From Candidatus Poribacteria bacterium (lineage in GTDB: Bacteria; Poribacteria; WGA-4E; WGA-3G), in contig OZ241378.1 in assembly GCA_965200345.1 (NCBI GenBank), positions 659,231 to 723,230 of the forward strand: a DNA stretch of 64,000 nt. Direction: 5' to 3'. Of this stretch, positions 10,106 to 20,427 are shown piece after piece (positions within the stretch are counted from its first letter, which is position 1; each line of letters opens with the position of its first letter). The position numbers and the translations under genes were made by a program. Below the pieces are notes generated by a model. That model ran no database searches, was not told the origin of the DNA, and saw only the letters and a list, made by a program, of their open reading frames with translations.

Positions 10106-10302
10106 CTGAACTGTGATTTTTCTGATTTTTCTGATTTTTGTGATAAGATCTCTGATGAAAAATAAGATGCTGATTGTGGGATTGACGTTTCTACAGAGAG
10201 GACGTTCCCGCGGAACTGCTGAGTCGTCAGGACTCAGTTTTCAGTTTTCAGTTGCTTGTGATGGGTTGTCTTATCATAGAAATCAGAGAAATCCCAGTTC
10301 AG
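10106..10302. mobile_element. MITE-like element, about 197 bp, with about 25-bp imperfect terminal inverted repeats
   Basis: The left end is 'ctgaactgtgatttttctgatttttct' (10106..). The reverse complement of the right end, 'ctgaactgggatttctctgatttct' (..10302), matches it. The interior has palindromes gataagatc/gtcttatc and ctgagtc-gtcag-gactcag. There is no ORF. Confidence 0.5.
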
Positions 10303-10644
10303 AACGCAACAGTGGTAGGCGTGTGTCCGTTTTTGGGCTCGCAAGGGTTTTCTGCTGCCCTGCTGTCTCCAAGCGGATCTGTTTGGATTGAATCTCAACA
10401 ACTTTCGTGTGGCGAGGTTTTCTAACCTCGCCGATGCTGATGTCTAAGTAATTCTAAAATCTACCAGAAATGACCCTAAATTCTGCTGCAGAGGCGTTCA
10501 ATTTTCCTGTAGGAGGGAACTCCGATTCCCAACTCCGTTTTGTAGAAGGGGTATTCTGATTGAAGCATTCAGCAGGAAGTAGATAGAAAACCGACAATTG
10601 AATAGCTCTGAAATCTACCGTAAATAGCCTTGACAAAGACAAAT

Positions 10645-10672
10645 TTGCTTTTTCCCTGGAATTGTGTATAAT
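10645..10672 (+). promoter_or_regulatory. putative sigma70 promoter (TTGCTT-16-TATAAT) inside a repeated promoter cassette
   Basis: The hexamers were read directly from the sequence. The cassette recurs at 20185..20285. Confidence 0.4.
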
Positions 10673-11232
10673 ATATAGTTAGATTTAGATATTAATATTT
10701 TTTAACTTGAATAATATTGAAAATTGACCTATTATAACAATAGGCGTGTCGCACAAACTTTTTAATGTGTGCATGTGTGGGTTGCAAACTAAAAGTTTGC
10801 CGTACAAAAGAGAAAACTAAATGACCCTATTTATACTGCCAATACGTGTATGACAAACATGATCAAAGTGATAAAGGTGACACCAATGCTCGGCAGACAT
10901 GTAGATATTAACAGGACAAACAGGACAAATCGGTTTTTACCCATTTCCTCAACTTACAGCGTGTGTCTTGCTGCGTATGCACACGCCTTTAATTCAGCGA
11001 ATATCCCCCCCCCCGCTTTACACAAGTTAAGTATATTATTTTATAACGAGATTTATGCAGAGAGCAACTGGGCACCGAGTGCCTCGTGCCTTGGCGATCT
11101 CTCTTTTCAGGGTCTCACTGCAAGAGAAAATTTTACCCCCTTAAACGGAATAGTGAGAAATGTTAGGACTGTTCGTAGTCGCGCAATGAATTGCGTGACT
11201 ACGAATTATTTCAATGAAAGGAACTGAAAACT

Positions 11233-12929
<1,697 letters not shown>

Positions 12930-13233
12930 TATCAAATGACCATAGGATGGCTGGAATGCTGATGTTTATTAGCTTTCCGGTCATCCATTGCTGATGATTG
13001 GATTGAGTTCTATTCATCCGAACACCCCTTCTCCTCCACTGACGGAGTGTATAATCCCACCGACGATAGGTTTCCCCACGTTAGCACATTAGCACATTTT
13101 CTTCTGGTTTTTAGATTGAGAATGTGCTATAATTTCCTTATCTACGTTTTCGGTTCTAAAACCCAATGCTTTAGCTTTGGGATACAGAACCGCCCTATTG
13201 AATTAGACCATGGGGCTATAGTTAAAAAAAGAG

Positions 13234-13262
13234 TTGACATTTCGTCAAAAATGTAGTATAAT
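13234..13262 (+). promoter_or_regulatory. consensus sigma70 promoter TTGACA-17-TATAAT
   Basis: TTGACA at 13234..13239, a 17-nt spacer, then TATAAT at 13257..13262. Confidence 0.6.
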
Positions 13263-13265
13263 TAA

Positions 13266-13348
13266 CATAGTCATTGATTGAGACGTGTAAGCAGTAGCTA
13301 CCTTGCTACTGGTCTCAATCACCCTCTTACAAGGACAGAATGACTATG
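13266..13348 (+). other. nested long hairpin at the 5' end of the transcript predicted from the 13234 promoter
   Basis: Three stems nest inside each other: catagtcatt/aatgactatg, gattgagac/gtctcaatc and cagtagc/gctactg. Confidence 0.4.
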
Positions 13349-13790
13349 GCTAATATCCATTAAAAACGAACATCACAAAATCCGAATACGTTGAAAGATA
13401 CGATATTCCTGAAACCTTGCGAGGTTCAGATTTTGTTGAGATTTCAAGTTCTGAAGCAAGAAATACTTGCCAGAAGTATCGGTCGGTCACGAAGGTTCAA
13501 GTGATTTTCCGTAGTGTGCCAGATGACCCGCACCGCGAGATTACACTCGTGTCGGTTCGGATTAAACCCGAACAAGCTCCCAAGGATAACGTCTGGACGA
13601 TTGCGACGCTGAAGGGAGTCAGAGAAGCCAGTATCGCAGAACGTCAAATGGACGTCGTGGTATAACCTAAAAGAACCACTTGGGAGTTCCGTCAAAGGAA
13701 TCCCAATCCTTTAGGTTTGGGAGGGGTCAAATCACGTAATCACAAAGGGCGCGACTTGTCTGCCCATATAAAATAAGGAAAGTATTCGTA

Positions 13791-14741
13791 ATGAAACACA
13801 TAAAAATTCCCGGAGTTAGTAAAGACATCTCACATCTGATTCTGGGCAGCATGATGTTTTCGCCTACAAGATTCGACTATAGCACTGAGATGCTTGACGC
13901 GTTTTTTGAAGCGGGTGGAAATGCCCTCGACACAGCACACGGTTATGGTGGTGGCGATAGTGAGATGCTGATTGGGCTCTGGATGCGGCAACGTGGGAAC
14001 CGAGACGATGTTTTTCTTATTGATAAAGGTGGACACCCGCAAGGTAGAGTGCCACGCCCGCGTCTGTCCCCTGAAGAGATTAAAGCCGATCTTGATGAAA
14101 GCATTACACGCCTCCGGACCGATTATATCGATCTTTACATGCTCCATCGCGATGACCCTGTAATTCCGGTGCGTACGATTATTGATTATCTGAACGAGGA
14201 GATCGGGGCTGGACGCATCCGAGCGATTGCTGCCTCTAACTGGCAACCGGAGCGTATTACTGAAGCTAACACCTATGCCGAGGAAAATGGACTCGCGGGT
14301 TTCGTCTCTTGTAGCAACAATATCAGTCTCGCTGTGCCGATGGAACCGATGTGGGGTGGGTGCGTCTGTGTTGATGGTGCCGCACGCGCATGGCATCAGG
14401 AGAGCCAATTCCCGTTGATGCCGTGGTCTTCGCAAGCACGCGGCTTCTTCAGCGGCGCGTTTACACCGGAGAACCGCGATAACGGAGATATGGTGCGCGT
14501 CTATTACAATGACGAAAACTTTGAGAGGCTTGCACGCGCAAAAAAATTAGGCGAAAAATACGGCTATTCCCCAATTCAAGTCTCCCTTGCATATTGCTTG
14601 AATATTTCGTTCCCAGTTTTCCCGATTGTTGGCCCCGCAACTTTAGAGGAAATGGATTCCTCGCTCGGCGCAATGAGCCTTGAACTCTCTGATGCTGAGA
14701 TGCAATGGCTTAACTTAGAAACGGATGGTGATCCCCTATGA
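13791..14741 (+). CDS. aldo/keto reductase
   Basis: AKR-family motifs 'GGNALDTAHGYGGGDSE' and 'IDLYMLHRDD' are present. The gene ends in TGA. Confidence 0.9.
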   Translation: MKHIKIPGVSKDISHLILGSMMFSPTRFDYSTEMLDAFFEAGGNALDTAHGYGGGDSEMLIGLWMRQRGNRDDVFLIDKGGHPQGRVPRPRLSPEEIKADLDESITRLRTDYIDLYMLHRDDPVIPVRTIIDYLNEEIGAGRIRAIAASNWQPERITEANTYAEENGLAGFVSCSNNISLAVPMEPMWGGCVCVDGAARAWHQESQFPLMPWSSQARGFFSGAFTPENRDNGDMVRVYYNDENFERLARAKKLGEKYGYSPIQVSLAYCLNISFPVFPIVGPATLEEMDSSLGAMSLELSDAEMQWLNLETDGDPL

Positions 14742-15817
14742 TGATTCGGATTTTTTATCTCCTACTCTGTCTTCAATTCATCCTTTTTCCGCTCGGCTTT
14801 GCCCAAGAGAGCTGAGGTGCTTGAAGCAATCTCGCGACTCCACGTGGCGGGATCGGTGAAGTCAGTTTGGCTTCAGGAGAGATGAAGAAATTTCAGGGCA
14901 CGTTCAGTATGATGCGGTGGTTTGACGCACAAGGTGGACACCTTGAAACAAAAGGGATTTCCCCAGAAGGAGAGGTAATAGATGTCCCGTTACATCGACA
15001 CCACGTTAAACTAAACATATTTCGCATTGACATTGGGTTGAAATATCAATTCAATTCCGAATGGATGTTAGAAGCGAATGTGCCATACGAGACCAAAATC
15101 CAAGAGGCAACCATTGAAGAAATTGATACGCTCACGGATGCACAACGAAAAGCAATTGCGCGCAATCGGGACAATCATCATCGCAATGAGACCTACGCGG
15201 GCCCTACGGATACGGACATCTTCTTAGGGTATCAGAGGCGAGACGTGTTTGTGGATCACGATTTCCTTGTGGGACGTATAGGAACGACGATTCCGCTTGG
15301 AAAAACCGAAGAGGATCCCTGGAAGTTAGGGGATGCAGGACTTAAGCATCTCCATATCCAGTTTGGTACTGGCACCTTTAATCCGATCGCTGATCTGCAT
15401 TACGGTTTGCCCGTCTACAAAGGTTTGCGAGCGAACGTCAGTCTCCGCGGAAAGTTGCCCTTCTATGAAAATAGCAAGACCTATCGCGCTTCGAGAGAGA
15501 TTACCTACACAGGTGGTCTGAATTATAGTTTCAGCGATTGGCTTTCGTTCCAAGTTGGCTATCTCGGCTTTTATCAATCCTTCGCCTATTGGGCAGGCGA
15601 ACAGGACATCAATTCCGGGCTCCGGTTCAGTATGGCATCTTTCGGAGCATCAGTTATAACGCCTTATAATGTGCCGTTGTCTCTGGCGGTGATGTTGCCC
15701 TTACATCAGGAGACGCTTTATGACGACACGAATGCTTTGTTGGATGGTACATACGAGGAGCGCGACGCCTTTGAATTCGGTCCCTTAGTATCATTAACGG
15801 TTTTATATGCATTTTAG
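14741..15817 (+). CDS. outer-membrane beta-barrel protein; candidate selenoprotein with in-frame UGA-Gly-Ala-UGA after the signal peptide (otherwise a nonsense-disrupted pseudogene)
   Basis: The ATG at 14741 overlaps the upstream stop. It opens the signal peptide MIRIFYLLLCLQFILFPLGFA/QES. TGA codons at 14813 and 14822 are in frame with ORF 14867..15817, which lacks its own signal peptide and ends '...LTVLYAF'. Confidence 0.45.
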
Positions 15818-15975
15818 AATATCGTTTTGCCTCTGAAAAAAGGCGTATTTTCATAAGAAGATGATAAAATTATTGAGACATCACAATACAATGCGAAGGA
15901 TCAATCAGAACTTACGCAAAGTTGAAGAGGTTCCCTTATTTACGGGTGCTAATATCCCTTACTGCCACGGACTCG

Positions 15976-15997
15976 GTGCGGTTAGAAACCGCACCTA
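15976..15997. repeat. REP-like hairpin GGTGCGGTT-agaa-AACCGCACC followed by CTAC
   Basis: A perfect 9-bp stem. It belongs to the GGTTT-loop-AAACC hairpin family seen throughout the window. Confidence 0.6.
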
Positions 15998-16034
15998 CCA
16001 GGGGGGTTGTGTAAGTCCTATCAATTTTAGGGCA

Positions 16035-18185
16035 TTGCTTTTAAGCAGATGTTTGATAGTCCTAATCGTACTCTCTTTTTTTCTGAGTTGCGGGGTGCCG
16101 AATAATCCGTATCCGAAATCCGAACAGGACGAGGAAATCTATTACAGCACCTTTAGTGAAGAACCGAAGCACTTTGATCCGGCAGTGTCCTACAGTTCAG
16201 ACGAATACAGGTTCATCCAGCAGATTTATGAACCGCCTTTACGGTATCATTACCTCAAAAGGCCCTACGAATTGATCTCACTAACGGCGGCGGCGGTCCC
16301 GCAACCCCAATATTATGATGCTGATGGCGAGCAGCTATCGTCAGATGCTCCTGCAGCGTCTGTCGCGCGCGCTGTGTATGAAATTCGTATCCGTCCCGGT
16401 ATCATGTATCAGCCGCACGCCTGTTTTGCAAAAGCTGAAAATGGCGTAATGCGGTACCACACCTTGAAAAAAGCAGACGTGAAGGGCTTTACCGAGATCA
16501 AAGATTTTCCGATGACAGGGACGCGTGAACTTATCGCAGCGGATTATGTCTACCAGATCAAACGGATGGCGGACCCGCGTCTCGCCTGCCCTATTCTTAG
16601 CACGTTGAAAGATTATATCCTTGGGATGGACACGTATTCCGCCGCGCTTGCTAACGGACAGGAAGAGGCACCCTTTCCGGGCGTGGAGGTCGTGGATCGG
16701 CACACCTATCGAGTTATCCTAAAAGCGAAATATCCGCAGTTTGTCTATTGGTTGGCGATGCCTTTCTTTTCACCGATGCCTAAAGAGGCGATTGACTTTT
16801 ACAGCCAACCCGTTATGAAGGAGCGGAACATCACGATTGATAGGTTTCCTGTGGGGACAGGTGCTTATCGGATAGAAACGCTCCTCGCACACAAGGAGAT
16901 CGTCCTGGTCAAGAATGAGAATTTTCGGGTTGAGCGTTACCCGTCGGGTGGGGAACCCGGTGATAGGGACGCTGGACTGCTTGACGACGCATGGGAAACT
17001 ATCCCGTTTATACCGAAAGTTGTCTACAAATTAGAAAAAGAATATATCCCGCGCTGGAATAAGTTCTTGCAAGGGTATTACGACAGTTCCGGCATCTCCT
17101 CAGATACATTTGACAGCGCGATTATGTTCGATGATACGGGGGATCCGAAGGAAAGTGAGGCATTGAAGGCGAAACATATTGTCCTACGTACGAGCGTAGA
17201 ACCGACGACTGTTTATCTCGCTTTCAATATGTTAGACGATACCGTCGGCGGGTACACCGCGGAGAAACAGAAACTTCGGCAAGCGATTTCGATCGCCTTG
17301 AATTACGAAGAGTATATTGAAATTTTTCTCAATGGACGGGGTGTTGTGTCACACAGTCCACTGCCGCCTGGTATCTTCGGCTACGAAGCGGGTGAGACGG
17401 GTATTAATCCATATATATACGACTGGGATGCAAGCACCAACCGTCCGGTCCGAAAATCTATTGAAGCAGCACGCCAACTGCTCGCAGAAGCGGGCTACCC
17501 GGGTGGACAGGATAGTAAAGGGAATCCGCTGATTGTCTCTTTTGACAACACGTGGAATTCGGCAGGTGCGACGTCCCGCTTAACGTGGATGCGAAATAAA
17601 TTAGAGCAGCTCGGTATCACGATGGAGAGTCGCACCACCGATTACAATCGATTTCGCGACAAAGTGAAAAACGGGAATTTCCAAATCATCTTATGGGGGT
17701 GGCATGCGGACTACCCCGATGCAGAAAATTTCCTGTTCCTTCTCTACGGTCCGAATAGTAAAGTCCTACGCGATGGCGAAAATGCGGCCAACTACGATAA
17801 TCCAGAATATAACCGGCTCTTTGAAACAATGAAAAACATGGAGAACTCGCCGGAACGGTTGACACGCATTCGCGAAATGAACCGCCTGTTACAACGCGAT
17901 GCGCCTTGGGTCTTTGTCTATCACCCTGTCGTTTTTGGTCTGTCGCATCAGTGGTTGAAGAATAGTAAACCGAGTGCTTTGGGGCGTGGAAACTTCAAGT
18001 ATCTCCGCATTGATGCCAGTCAGCGGACAGAAAGCCGTCAAGCGTGGAATCAGCCTATTGTTTGGCCCCTATGGGTCTGTCTCGGATTGCTGATCTTAGG
18101 CACGATTCCGGCTGCCATCACAATTTGGAAACGAGAAAGACAGACAAAACAGGCGCACATTGCTGATGAAGCGCCAGAAAATTAA
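16035..18185 (+). CDS. ABC transporter substrate-binding protein, family 5 (peptide/nickel type), lipoprotein with an extra C-terminal TM helix
   Basis: The sequence resembles the OppA/DppA/NikA family throughout. An in-frame TTG at 16035 gives the lipobox 'LSFFLSCG'. The maximal ORF starts at 15861 but would run through a REP hairpin. The C-terminal stretch 'IVWPLWVCLGLLILGTIPAAITIW' is hydrophobic. Confidence 0.75.
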   Translation: MLLSRCLIVLIVLSFFLSCGVPNNPYPKSEQDEEIYYSTFSEEPKHFDPAVSYSSDEYRFIQQIYEPPLRYHYLKRPYELISLTAAAVPQPQYYDADGEQLSSDAPAASVARAVYEIRIRPGIMYQPHACFAKAENGVMRYHTLKKADVKGFTEIKDFPMTGTRELIAADYVYQIKRMADPRLACPILSTLKDYILGMDTYSAALANGQEEAPFPGVEVVDRHTYRVILKAKYPQFVYWLAMPFFSPMPKEAIDFYSQPVMKERNITIDRFPVGTGAYRIETLLAHKEIVLVKNENFRVERYPSGGEPGDRDAGLLDDAWETIPFIPKVVYKLEKEYIPRWNKFLQGYYDSSGISSDTFDSAIMFDDTGDPKESEALKAKHIVLRTSVEPTTVYLAFNMLDDTVGGYTAEKQKLRQAISIALNYEEYIEIFLNGRGVVSHSPLPPGIFGYEAGETGINPYIYDWDASTNRPVRKSIEAARQLLAEAGYPGGQDSKGNPLIVSFDNTWNSAGATSRLTWMRNKLEQLGITMESRTTDYNRFRDKVKNGNFQIILWGWHADYPDAENFLFLLYGPNSKVLRDGENAANYDNPEYNRLFETMKNMENSPERLTRIREMNRLLQRDAPWVFVYHPVVFGLSHQWLKNSKPSALGRGNFKYLRIDASQRTESRQAWNQPIVWPLWVCLGLLILGTIPAAITIWKRERQTKQAHIADEAPEN

Positions 18186-18203
18186 ATAGAGTTTGTGCAT
18201 TTC

Positions 18204-18243
18204 CTCTTAAAGTCCCCCTGATAAGGGGATTTAGGGGGTTAAA
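18204..18243. repeat. palindromic G/C-run element (ctcttaaagtccccctgataaggggatttagggggttaaa)
   Basis: Its reverse complement matches the two ends of the element core at 53895..53959. Confidence 0.6.
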
Positions 18244-18315
18244 AATATCGGATGTGTATGCTTGTGCTAACCGAAAGTCAGCACAGTTTTAAAAAATTCA
18301 TTGCTCTGGTGAAGA

Positions 18316-19296
18316 ATGCTCACTTATATTATACGGCGAATGCTTTATGCGATCCCGATCTTAATAGGCGTGAACCTCATCGTCTTTTTCCTCTTTTTTG
18401 TCGTCAATTCACCCGACCAGATGGCACGGAAGATTCTCGGTGAAAAGAATATTACGCAGGAAGATGTTGAGAATTGGAAGAAACAGAACGGTTATCACTT
18501 GCCCCTCTTCTTCAATACTGAGGCATCACGGGGCGGACACTTTACGGAGACGATCTTCTTTCAGAAATCAGCGAAACTTTTCCTCTTTGATTTCGGGAAA
18601 TCTGATACGAACAACATTGATATAACATCACAGATCTCGCAGCGCATGTGGGCAAGTCTTGCTATTGCTTTACCGACGTTCCTGATCGGACTGCTCGTGA
18701 ATATCACTGTGTCTATGATTGTGGCTTATTACCGGGCGACGTACGTCGATTTCTGGGGCACGATCATTGCGGTGATGGTTATGTCTATTTCTCAACTTTT
18801 TTATATTATTGGTGGTCAGTGGTTGTTTGGCAAAATGTTGCGACTCTCTCCGATTTCTGGTTATGATTCGGGTGTAGACATGCTGAAGTTTGTGATTCTC
18901 CCTGTGGTTATCGGCATCATTAGCGGTATTGGTGGTGGCATCCGCTTCTATCGTACAATATTCCTTGAGGAGGTAAATCGGGATTATGTCCGGACAGCAC
19001 GGGCAAAAGGCGTGAGTGAAGCCGGTGTTCTCTTTAAACACGCCCTGAAAAATGCGATGATTCCGATTTTAACGAATGTCGTGTTGGCAATTCCACTGTT
19101 GTTTATGGGAAGTTTGGTGATGGAGGCGTTTTTCGCGATTCCGGGGTTGGGAAGTTTTACGATCGAGGCGATTCAAGCGCAAGATTTCGCTATTGTGCGA
19201 AGTATGGTCTATCTCGCTTCTGTTCTGTATATCGTCGGTCTGTTGCTAACCGACATCAGTTATACGTTGGTTGATCCGCGCATCCGATTCGGGTGA
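18316..19296 (+). CDS. ABC transporter permease (DppB/OppB-like)
   Basis: It has six predicted TM segments and the EAA-like region 'DYVRTARAKGVSE'. Confidence 0.85.
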   Translation: MLTYIIRRMLYAIPILIGVNLIVFFLFFVVNSPDQMARKILGEKNITQEDVENWKKQNGYHLPLFFNTEASRGGHFTETIFFQKSAKLFLFDFGKSDTNNIDITSQISQRMWASLAIALPTFLIGLLVNITVSMIVAYYRATYVDFWGTIIAVMVMSISQLFYIIGGQWLFGKMLRLSPISGYDSGVDMLKFVILPVVIGIISGIGGGIRFYRTIFLEEVNRDYVRTARAKGVSEAGVLFKHALKNAMIPILTNVVLAIPLLFMGSLVMEAFFAIPGLGSFTIEAIQAQDFAIVRSMVYLASVLYIVGLLLTDISYTLVDPRIRFG

Positions 19297-19307
19297 GAAA
19301 GTGGTAA

Positions 19308-19745
19308 ATGATTTCACAAAATAGAAGTTATCAAGTTATGCAAGGCGTGATGAGCCTCCTATTGGGCTGCATCAGTATCGTCTTACTGGTAACCCTCCGG
19401 GGCTCAGGGTATCCGAGTGTGATTCTCTCAGCATTTCTGATTGTGGGCATCACGCTAATCTTATCAGGTGATTACCTCCTTAATCCTTTCAAGCTACCGG
19501 TCACCCCGTTAAAACAGGAACTCGCAAGCGACATCGGTTTGATCGCTTACGGTGTACTGTATTTCAGCATCGCTATGTCAGAACTACTGCAACCGCGTTG
19601 GTTCACTGTCGGGTTGCCAGTCTTTTTACAACCGATTTGGGTGCGGCGCGGGTTAGCAGGTGTCGGGATTGTTCTGATCGCTGCGGGCATTTACGGTATC
19701 TGTCACTTATACACGGCGCAATTATCCGACAACTCACCAGAATAG
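19308..19745 (+). CDS. hypothetical integral membrane protein (about 4 TM)
   Basis: The hydrophobic segment pattern is the only evidence. I recognise no family. Confidence 0.45.
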   Translation: MISQNRSYQVMQGVMSLLLGCISIVLLVTLRGSGYPSVILSAFLIVGITLILSGDYLLNPFKLPVTPLKQELASDIGLIAYGVLYFSIAMSELLQPRWFTVGLPVFLQPIWVRRGLAGVGIVLIAAGIYGICHLYTAQLSDNSPE

Positions 19746-19792
19746 CACAACGCTAAAAGAGTTTCGTAGACCACCGCGTCTTTCGAGACCTA

Positions 19793-20098
19793 TCACTTCG
19801 CGATAATCACGGCATAGCGGAGCGGTGTTGCACCGACGTTGCGTATCCCATGCAAAACTTGGCAATCGACGTGGACGGCTTCGTTGTCGCTGACGCGGTG
19901 TGTCGCTTCACCAAACAACACTTCACCTTCCCCAGAAAACACATAAAAAATTTCTTGTCCGTCATGTGTATGCGGTGGATGCGCGCGTTGCCCAGGTCCA
20001 ACTTCGGAGATGTGGAGATGGAGTTGATCCGTATCTGCCCCTGCTTCAAAAATAAAGCGATTGATACCTTTGATGTCGTTTCTAATCTCTTTTTCCAT
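19793..20098 (-). CDS. cupin domain protein
   Basis: 'PPHTHDGQEIFYVFSGEG' followed by a second His motif gives a cupin signature. Confidence 0.7.
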   Translation of the reverse strand: MEKEIRNDIKGINRFIFEAGADTDQLHLHISEVGPGQRAHPPHTHDGQEIFYVFSGEGEVLFGEATHRVSDNEAVHVDCQVLHGIRNVGATPLRYAVIIAK

Positions 20099-20194
20099 GA
20101 GAATTTTTCCTTATTGCTCTAAAAATTTGGAAATTAATGTAGCATATGCCCCAAGAATTGTCAATCTGCAAATCAGAGAGATATAATTTGCTTT

Positions 20195-20223
20195 TTGACT
20201 TAAAATATCCTATAGTGTATAGT
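20195..20223 (+). promoter_or_regulatory. sigma70 promoter TTGACT-17-TATAGT upstream of the aquaporin gene
   Basis: The hexamers were read directly. The promoter is part of the repeated cassette shared with 10641..10738. Confidence 0.55.
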
Positions 20224-20427
20224 TAGATATAGGCTTAATTATTTTTAAATTGAATAATATATTCAAATTTGACCTACTCTAACCCAAGTTACCACTTGTA
20301 AATCCATGGGAGTTCCGATTGCAGATCAAATCACAAAGGTGTGTAAATATTTTGTCAAAAATTGAAATTAAAATAGTCATCAGGAATAGTTATCTGATAA
20401 TTTAATTTCAAATTCAAGGAGAATTTT

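Noticed and set aside
10850-11227. The 125-aa ORF in the large non-coding region, considered as a possible gene.
   Set aside because: It has no SD and an odd composition. It runs across repeat elements, including the 16-bp hairpin at 11172..11207, and I recognise no motif.
13266-13348. Retron msr/msd-like ncRNA, suggested by the inverted repeats flanking a long stem-loop right after a strong promoter.
   Set aside because: No reverse transcriptase ORF follows or lies anywhere in the window. The downstream ORF (13417..13665) has no RT motifs.
13417-13665. The 82-aa ORF in the reductase leader, considered as a small protein or toxin.
   Set aside because: It has a TTG start with no SD and no internal ATG until its end, and an antisense ORF of equal length overlaps it. 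I keep it only as a caveat under the leader finding, since it might be a decayed gene.
14813-14824. Global reassignment of TGA (genetic code 4/25) as an explanation for the in-frame TGAs in the OMP, fdhA and selD.
   Set aside because: Many well-supported genes here terminate at TGA at the expected family length. Examples are thiI (1205..1207), the aldo/keto reductase (14739..14741) and the aromatic leader ORF. TGA is therefore a normal stop, and only context-dependent Sec recoding is plausible.
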